DNA of 21,971 nucleotides from a virus: UHGV virus genome UHGV-0067703; one strand, 5' to 3'. Shown piece by piece: positions 16,230 to 21,971 of this stretch (position 1 is its first letter; each line of letters starts with the position of its first letter). The notes under the pieces were generated by a model. It saw only the letters and a program-made list of their open reading frames with translations, ran no database searches and was not told where the DNA came from. The position numbers and the translations under genes were made by a program.

Positions 16230-17516
16230 ATGAGTACAGATATGGCCATTAATGTGCTTTCCCCCAAACAGATAGAAAACGCCAAGCCGAAGACCAATGA
16301 TTACAAACTTACCGATGGAGGGAGTTTGTATCTACTGGTACGAAAGACTGGTGGAAAATACTGGCGTATGAATTATCGTTTTGATGGAAAACAAGTGACA
16401 TTGGCATTAGGGGTCTACCCAGATGTCTCACTTGCAACAGCGCGGAAACGGCGTGATGAAGCCAGGCAACTACTAGCCGATGGTCGTGATCCTCGTGAAG
16501 CAAAGAAACCCAAAAAGGAAGACCCAATTTCCCCCACGTTCGAGAGTGTTGCCAGAGAGTGGCATAGTGGAACGATGGGGCATCCTGAGTGGAAAGAGAT
16601 CACCCGTAAAAAAATTCTCCGAGAAATGGAAAACCACCTCTTTCCTGCCATCGGTTCAAAGCCTATCGATACGCTCAAAACCCGTGACTTGATGCCGATG
16701 CTGGTTGAGATGACTGAGAAAGGAATTGGTGCCACAACGAGCCGGGTAAAAACCACTATGACGAGCATCTTCCGTTATGCCGTGCAACGTGGAATTGTCG
16801 ATTACAACCCTGCCCACGATCTAAAAGGTGCAATTACGACCCCCAAAGTACGACATCGCCCCGCACTACCTCTCGAACGTTTACCTGAACTGTTAGCGAA
16901 AACGAGAAGTTACACGGGAAGACCATTGACTCGCCTAGCAGTTCTATTTTCCCTGCACACTTTTGTGCGATCCAGCGAACTACGACATGCCAGATGGGAG
17001 GAGATCGACATTGAAAATGGGCTATGGACGATACCAGGACAACGTGAAGAGATCGCAGGGGTTAAATTCTCAGAGCGGGGTGCAAAGATGGGGGCTGCTC
17101 ATTATGTCCCGCTATCTAGTCAGGCTATCGGGGTACTGGAGGATATAAGGAAAATCAGTGGTGAATATCTGCTGGTTTTCCCCGGTGACAGCAACCCATA
17201 TAAACCGATGAGCGAAAACACAGTTAATAAAGCACTGCGAACGATGGGTTACGACACTCAAAGTGATGTTTGCTTGCATGGGTTCAGGGCGATGGCCTGC
17301 TCTGCACTGACCGAATCAGGACTCTGGTCACGCGATGCAGTTGAACGGCAGATGAGTCACCAAGAAAGAAACGAAGTGCGGGCAGCATATGTGCATCTTG
17401 CGCAGCACATGCAGGAACGCCGCAGAATGATGCAATGGTGGTCTAATTATCTGGAACTAAATAAGGACGAATTTCATGCTCCTTATGACTTATCAGGTAT
17501 TAACATTATCAATTAA
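16230..17516 (+). CDS. int: P4-family tyrosine integrase (DUF4102 N-terminal domain)
   Basis: Start at ATG 16230 or 16242 (the track ORF starts further upstream at 16182). N-terminus ...AKPKTNDYKLTDGGSLYLLVRKTGGKYWRMNYRFDGK... and C-terminal ...RMMQWWSNYL... match P4/IntS-type integrases. Confidence 0.85.
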   Translation: MSTDMAINVLSPKQIENAKPKTNDYKLTDGGSLYLLVRKTGGKYWRMNYRFDGKQVTLALGVYPDVSLATARKRRDEARQLLADGRDPREAKKPKKEDPISPTFESVAREWHSGTMGHPEWKEITRKKILREMENHLFPAIGSKPIDTLKTRDLMPMLVEMTEKGIGATTSRVKTTMTSIFRYAVQRGIVDYNPAHDLKGAITTPKVRHRPALPLERLPELLAKTRSYTGRPLTRLAVLFSLHTFVRSSELRHARWEEIDIENGLWTIPGQREEIAGVKFSERGAKMGAAHYVPLSSQAIGVLEDIRKISGEYLLVFPGDSNPYKPMSENTVNKALRTMGYDTQSDVCLHGFRAMACSALTESGLWSRDAVERQMSHQERNEVRAAYVHLAQHMQERRRMMQWWSNYLELNKDEFHAPYDLSGINIIN

Positions 17517-17546
17517 ATTTTCTTATAATTTAAAACAGAGGTCATA

Positions 17547-18428
17547 ATGCAGCATTCAAAAGAGAATGAAACTATATTCTTAGGAAATCTATGGATTGAC
17601 AAAAAAATACCACCATTAGAATATTGTTCATTTGAACGCGCTTCAAGACTATTAGAATGCGAGATTGATGATTTATTACACCTATACGAAATAGGCGCTT
17701 TTAATATCGCATTCAAGGCGGATGGACTTGCAGTTAGATTTAATGTTAATTTCCTCTATAAAAATCAGAAAATGGAAATTGACTTAATTCATCCCGTATT
17801 AACTAATCAATCACTAGAGATGGAATTTTCAACAATATGGTATGACCTTAAAGATGACTCCTTTGAACATTTTGAAAATGGGCTTCAAATTATAGGATTT
17901 GCCTGTGGTATTTGGTACGCCGATGATATGATAAGTGACATAAAAAATGGATTAGCTATAGATCCAGATTATGAATTCAGGCTTAAACCGGTAAAAATAC
18001 GAGATAATGTTTTGATGGCAACGGCCTCATATGAAGGAAATAAGGTCATTGATATTCCATTTGAAGATCTTCTTATCATGCGAAGAGATTTAGAGTTAAT
18101 ATGGAAATCAGTAAAAACTGGAATTCCTATGCCAAGTTTACTTACGAAAAGAATTTCATCTGAACCTAAAATCCCCAAGCGATTAAATAACACTGCTGAG
18201 CATCATGCAAAAAATAGGGAGGGGTTATTAAATGCAGCCATATATATATTAGCAAAATACCCAAGCGAATGTCGTGGTGAAAGAAAAGAGATAAGTCCTG
18301 AAAAGTGGACTAACGCCATAATTAAACATTTAGGAGAGCTACCTCCAATATTTATCACTAATGAACAAGAAATCTTAAGAAAATTACGATTAGCGGTTAA
18401 TCATGCGGGATTAAGACAAAAGGGGTAG
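17547..18428 (+). CDS. Hypothetical protein (293 aa), strongly AT-rich orphan gene between int and alpA
   Basis: ORF with GAGG RBS 30 nt after the int stop. Composition is visibly more AT-rich than the flanking int and alpA. No catalytic or transmembrane motif recognised. Confidence 0.55.
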   Translation: MQHSKENETIFLGNLWIDKKIPPLEYCSFERASRLLECEIDDLLHLYEIGAFNIAFKADGLAVRFNVNFLYKNQKMEIDLIHPVLTNQSLEMEFSTIWYDLKDDSFEHFENGLQIIGFACGIWYADDMISDIKNGLAIDPDYEFRLKPVKIRDNVLMATASYEGNKVIDIPFEDLLIMRRDLELIWKSVKTGIPMPSLLTKRISSEPKIPKRLNNTAEHHAKNREGLLNAAIYILAKYPSECRGERKEISPEKWTNAIIKHLGELPPIFITNEQEILRKLRLAVNHAGLRQKG

Positions 18429-18530
18429 ACTGAAACAATCTACAGGTAGAGTTGATTACACTACCTTCACAGCATTTTGATATCCCCATAGTATCTGCCG
18501 TGTTCATTACATAACACGGCAGGTAATTTC

Positions 18531-18746
18531 ATGACATTAAAAACTTATCCTATCACTGGACATGCCCGCCCACGAGCTACTGCTGACTTTTTGCAAATAA
18601 GTACGGTTACTCTCTGGCGCTGGGAAAAGAACAATCCTGAATTTCCCAAATCTATACGCATTTCAAAACGGGTATCTGTTTACGATGCACAAGAAATTAG
18701 GCAGTGGGTTAAAGCTCAATCAGCAGGATTGGAGGAAGTAGTGTAA
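18531..18746 (+). CDS. alpA: AlpA-family phage transcriptional regulator
   Basis: 71 aa. ...ADFLQISTVTLWRWEKNNPEFPKSIRISKRVSVYDAQEIRQWV... matches the AlpA HTH pattern. Confidence 0.75.
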   Translation: MTLKTYPITGHARPRATADFLQISTVTLWRWEKNNPEFPKSIRISKRVSVYDAQEIRQWVKAQSAGLEEVV

Positions 18747-18795
18747 TGACAATATTAACAAAGCTGGGGAGAAAAAAGCCTCCCCAACGTATTAA

Positions 18796-18990
18796 TCAAT
18801 TCTTTGGTTCTAAACCTCGGCTTTGTAACTCTTTGCGTAGAATGCGCTTGATCCAAGCCGCTAGCGATTCATCGCCATCCTGCTGTTGTGCTTGTTCCAT
18901 CAGTTCACGCAGTTCAGGGTCAAGTCGGAACTGGAATGGCGGATTCCCACGTCTTTCATTTTTGTGTGTTGACACGTCAATTACACCCAT
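18796..18990 (-). CDS. Ribbon-helix-helix (Arc/CopG-like) small DNA-binding protein, candidate repressor of the element
   Basis: 64 aa. PPFQFRLDPELRELMEQ fits an RHH beta-strand plus helix. Divergent from the downstream + strand operon, with a palindromic operator just upstream of its start. Confidence 0.5.
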   Translation of the reverse strand: MGVIDVSTHKNERRGNPPFQFRLDPELRELMEQAQQQDGDESLAAWIKRILRKELQSRGLEPKN

Positions 18991-19030
18991 TGTAATGTAT
19001 TTATGTGTAATGACACATTACACACAGAAA
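18991..19030. promoter_or_regulatory. Operator region: TGTAATG half-sites and a 21-bp palindrome tgtgtaatg-aca-cattacaca
   Basis: TGTAATG at 18991-18997. Palindrome 19004-19024. Sits between the divergent RHH gene and the + strand operon starting at 19107. A TTGACA at 18969-18974 is suitably placed for a rightward promoter. Confidence 0.4.
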
Positions 19031-19106
19031 AACAAAATAGCAACGCCCCGGAGTGTTTGCAGCACCACCGAGGCGTCTGACCAGCACGTTATATGAGGTA
19101 ACGAAG

Positions 19107-19283
19107 ATGGCTAAACAGAAGTGTACCTGGTTATTTGCGGCGATCAACCGCAGTCAACGTAATGCCCGTCCGGTGATGTTAAGGATCACCGCAGATAACG
19201 AGCGATCAGCGCGGCGCAGACTTGCCCCGGACTATGTACTGAGCTTTGCCGGGCGCATTCCCTGCGGAGGTGAACATGCGTAA
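19107..19283 (+). CDS. Small protein (58 aa), first gene of the operon leading to the primase
   Basis: ATG 19107 with GAGG RBS 8 nt upstream (below the track's size cut-off as a trimmed ORF). Resembles the small Icd-like proteins I recall from P4-like islands, but this is unverified. Confidence 0.35.
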   Translation: MAKQKCTWLFAAINRSQRNARPVMLRITADNERSARRRLAPDYVLSFAGRIPCGGEHA

Positions 19284-19635
19284 TTATCCGCATCCCGGCG
19301 AACGCTGGCAGCATGAACGTGGCTGGACGGTCACGATTATCCGATTAATAGAAGCCTCGCCCTCTGTGGCGCTGGTTAATCCTGAATTCAGCTGTGAAGT
19401 GCTGATACGTCATGACAGCGACAACCAGCTTTCTTCCTGCCCTCTGGCATGGTTTGAACAGCGATATACGCGCCTGTTTGATGTACCGCTCTTTAAGCCT
19501 GCACCAGCTCCTGCAGGCGGTAGTGGTTCCGGCCCGCTGACACTGCATCCGTCTGTGCTATTTATCCGCTGGCGGGAGCGTAGCATATGGCGTTCTGCTG
19601 AGCCTGATGACGGTCACTATTCAAAGTTTCTCTGA
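19276..19635 (+). CDS. Hypothetical protein (119 aa)
   Basis: ATG 19276 with GGAGG RBS 5 nt upstream. Overlaps the preceding stop by 8 nt. Confidence 0.45.
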   Translation: MRNYPHPGERWQHERGWTVTIIRLIEASPSVALVNPEFSCEVLIRHDSDNQLSSCPLAWFEQRYTRLFDVPLFKPAPAPAGGSGSGPLTLHPSVLFIRWRERSIWRSAEPDDGHYSKFL

Positions 19636-19666
19636 CAAAACACCGCTGAAAACGGAGTAATCCACA

Positions 19667-19951
19667 ATGAATATTTCAAACGGGCACAACGGTGCTCAGG
19701 GCCAGACTTTGCCTGAAAAACACAATACCGGTGCTTTTGCCTATGGGTTGTCAGAGGACGGTTTCGGAAAGCTGACCCGCGCAAGAAATGCCTGCGACAT
19801 GCTCCAGCTTCTCTTTTCTGAATACCCGTCTCAGGCCGGAGCACTGGACGCAGGCTGTGCGCCTGGTGTCGCCGCGCTGATGGAGTACCTGCGGGCAGAT
19901 TTGACGGATATTGCACACAGCTGCGCACTGATTGAAGGAGGTGCCAGATGA
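19667..19951 (+). CDS. Hypothetical protein (94 aa)
   Basis: ATG 19667 with GGAG RBS. Stop overlaps the next start (ATGA). Confidence 0.45.
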   Translation: MNISNGHNGAQGQTLPEKHNTGAFAYGLSEDGFGKLTRARNACDMLQLLFSEYPSQAGALDAGCAPGVAALMEYLRADLTDIAHSCALIEGGAR

Positions 19952-20331
19952 ACCAGCCGCAGGTTTCCATTTTCCCGGCAGAAATGACCACCGCGCTTTA
20001 CCGGCGGGCTATTGCTTCAGCATGGCGGCAGAAAATGCTGAACGAAACTGGCAGTGATCAGTATGGTCCGCACAGCCTGACGGTGGAGCGTATTGAAATG
20101 GCCATTGCGCTGCATATCGAGTGCGCACTGATTAACGAGTACGGCGAAGCACAGGGCGCCGCTGCCGCGCTGGCACTGCTGACTGACATGCTGGAGCCGT
20201 CACTGCTGACCGCGCCGCCGGTACTGACCGCGCGCGGTTGTGAAGTAATGGTGGAGATGTACCGCACGCTTCCGGCGGCCTTTGATGTCTGCTGCAGTAC
20301 CGGTGTGACGTTGTATCAGGGGGAAGTATGA
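19948..20331 (+). CDS. Hypothetical protein (127 aa)
   Basis: Translationally coupled on both sides: ATGA overlaps at 19948 and at 20328-20331. Confidence 0.45.
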   Translation: MNQPQVSIFPAEMTTALYRRAIASAWRQKMLNETGSDQYGPHSLTVERIEMAIALHIECALINEYGEAQGAAAALALLTDMLEPSLLTAPPVLTARGCEVMVEMYRTLPAAFDVCCSTGVTLYQGEV

Positions 20332-21971
20332 CAATACAGACGGTTACGCAGATTTCAGCCGCCGCGCGGGGGAAATGGCCCGTTATTCTGCAGATGCTGC
20401 GTATTGATGTACCTGAAAACGGCAGGCACGGTCCCTGCCCGAAATGTGGGGGCAAGGATCGTTTTCGCCTTGATGACCTTGACGGGCGCGGGACGTGGAT
20501 CTGCAGCCAGTGTGGCAATGGTGACGGTCTGGATCTGGTTAAGCTCGTAACCGGTTACAGCGTCAGAAAGGCTGCGCAGGAGGTGGCGCAGGTGCTTAAT
20601 GTGCCGGATGTGCAGGAACTGCCTGTTAAGCCTGCCAGACAAAAAGCCCCTAAACGCGACATGGGTCTTACCGTGGCGGCGCTGATGAAAGAGAGCCACA
20701 CGGGAGAAAGCGCCTATCTGACAGGAAAAGGGTTCGCCGGATACCCGGCCTCTCTGACCGGAAGCGTGCAGCATATCAGCGGTAAGGATTTTCCTGCCGG
20801 TTCCCTGCTGTTACCACTCACGACCAACACCGGAGCCGTGACTGGTGCACAGCTTATCGCCCCGACGGGTGAAAAAAGCATACTGCCCGGCAGCACGATG
20901 AAAGGCGCGTTTGTGTCGCTCAGCCCGTTACCGTCTGAACCACCGGTACAGGTGGTGATTACCGAAGGTTACGCTACGGCGCTGACGGTAAGTCAGCTCA
21001 CTGCCGGATGCGTAGTGGCTGCCATATCTGCGGGCAACCTGCCCAATGTAGCGCAGTCGCTGCGGGCACGCTGGCCTGAGGTAAAAATTATCATCGCCGG
21101 TGATAACGATTTTCAGGACGGAGGTGAGAATCCCGGCAGAGCCTTTGCTGAACGGGCGGCAAAAGCTGTTGGCGGCTGGATGACGCTGCCACCAGGAGAG
21201 ATTAAGGCTGACTGGAATGACTTTCATCGGGAGCACGGTATTACCCGTGCCCGTGAAGCCTTTCGCAACGGTCTGGTACTGTGCGGGGAAGGCCGCACGC
21301 AACTGCCGCACGGGTTCCGTCTTACCCAGGAATATCTCTGGTATGAAAAGCAGGTACAGCGCAACGGTGAGACGGAGATCCAGAACGTCAAAATATGCAG
21401 CCCGCTGCGCGTGACGGCAATCACCTGCGATGCCGATGGCGGTAACTTCGGACGACTGCTGGAATGGGAAGATACGTGGGGTGAGTGTCGCCGCTGGGCG
21501 ATGCCGATGGAAATGCTGAGCGGCAGTGGTGAGGAACTGCGCCGGGTACTGCTGGTTAACGGGCTGTCTTATATCAGCACCACCGGTGAGGCACGCGCAC
21601 GCCTGATGGAATATATCTCACTGTGTAAACCGGAACGCCGCGTGACCTGCGTCAGTCGTACTGGCTGGCATGGTCAGGTTTACGTCCTGCAGGATGAGGT
21701 CAGCGGTGAAGGTGCAGAGGGTGTCATCCTCCAGACCACTTCCGTGCAGGGGCGTGATTTCCGCGTGTCGGGCACATCAGAGGAATGGCGGGAGCATGTA
21801 TCCCGCTACTGTACCGGCAACTCCCGCGTGGCATTTGCTGTCAGCCTGGCCTTTGCTGCACCACTGTTACGGCTGGTTGGTATGGACGGCGGCGGCTACC
21901 ACCTCAAAGGGGAATCGACAGACGGTAAGACCACCACCATGAAAGCGGCAACCTCCGTCTGCGGCGGGCCT
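20328..21971 (+). CDS. P4-alpha-like primase (zinc-ribbon primase domain plus Toprim plus downstream domain); 3'-partial
   Basis: Not in the ORF track because it has no stop inside the window; open for 548 codons from ATG 20328. N-terminal CPKCGG...CSQCG zinc ribbon, then Toprim-like VVITEGYATAL...IIIAGDND. The antisense track ORFs in this span are rejected. Confidence 0.8.
   Translation, partial: MTIQTVTQISAAARGKWPVILQMLRIDVPENGRHGPCPKCGGKDRFRLDDLDGRGTWICSQCGNGDGLDLVKLVTGYSVRKAAQEVAQVLNVPDVQELPVKPARQKAPKRDMGLTVAALMKESHTGESAYLTGKGFAGYPASLTGSVQHISGKDFPAGSLLLPLTTNTGAVTGAQLIAPTGEKSILPGSTMKGAFVSLSPLPSEPPVQVVITEGYATALTVSQLTAGCVVAAISAGNLPNVAQSLRARWPEVKIIIAGDNDFQDGGENPGRAFAERAAKAVGGWMTLPPGEIKADWNDFHREHGITRAREAFRNGLVLCGEGRTQLPHGFRLTQEYLWYEKQVQRNGETEIQNVKICSPLRVTAITCDADGGNFGRLLEWEDTWGECRRWAMPMEMLSGSGEELRRVLLVNGLSYISTTGEARARLMEYISLCKPERRVTCVSRTGWHGQVYVLQDEVSGEGAEGVILQTTSVQGRDFRVSGTSEEWREHVSRYCTGNSRVAFAVSLAFAAPLLRLVGMDGGGYHLKGESTDGKTTTMKAATSVCGGP

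Larger units (their letters stand above)
16059..21971 (+). mobile_element. P4-like / PICI-like integrative satellite-type element at the 3' side of tRNA-Arg (right end outside the window)
   Basis: Gene order tRNA, P4-family int, cargo ORF, alpA, divergent RHH gene with operator, small ORF operon, P4-alpha-like primase. No structural genes are seen in the ~6 kb available. Confidence 0.6.

Noticed and set aside
18746..19096. Track ORF 18746..19096 (+), 116 aa
   Set aside because: Antisense to the RHH gene and runs through the palindromic operator. Low-complexity Ser/Cys-rich translation.
20132..21424. Minus-strand and alternate-frame ORFs within the primase gene (20355..20774, 20132..20518, 20714..20896, 20928..21311, 21224..21424 on minus; 21217..21414 on plus)
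   Set aside because: The + strand frame from 20328 carries zinc-ribbon and Toprim motifs and stays open to the window end. The others are antisense or out-of-frame artefacts.

Overview
Read by eye, without tools, this window appears to hold three unrelated blocks. (1) 1..~2387: a visibly GC-rich segment with the 3' part of a STAND-type NTPase (NB-ARC-like motifs plus helical/TPR-like repeats; 5' end lies outside the window) and a small Hpt-domain ORF with its own consensus promoter. (2) ~2388..15863: the early-left arm of an enterobacterial lambdoid/P22-like prophage, all on the + strand until the end: small unknown ORFs, a RecT plus YqaJ-like exonuclease recombination pair, a run of uncharacterised genes (one DUF2303/YfdQ-like, one DUF551), a Bro-N antirepressor, a minus-strand toxin-antitoxin-HigA tricistron, two tandem ORF6N-domain paralogs with paralogous promoters and long leaders, an MT-A70 adenine methyltransferase, a small protein with an in-frame 9-bp tandem repeat, an AlpA-type excisionase and a DUF4102-type tyrosine integrase (minus strand). 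(3) tRNA-Arg(CCU) at 15984..16058, followed by a P4-like/PICI-like integrative element: P4-family integrase, an AT-rich 293-aa orphan gene, alpA, a divergent ribbon-helix-helix gene with a palindromic operator, four small overlapping ORFs and a 3'-truncated P4-alpha-like primase that runs off the window and is therefore missing from the ORF track. The strongest candidates for something new are the orphan gene between int and alpA, the three-gene toxin-antitoxin-HigA cluster, and the structured leaders of the ORF6N paralogs. The junction at ~2388 falls inside an ORF and coincides with an abrupt composition shift, so the window may be a chimera. All protein-family calls rest on motif recognition from the translations; no database search was run.
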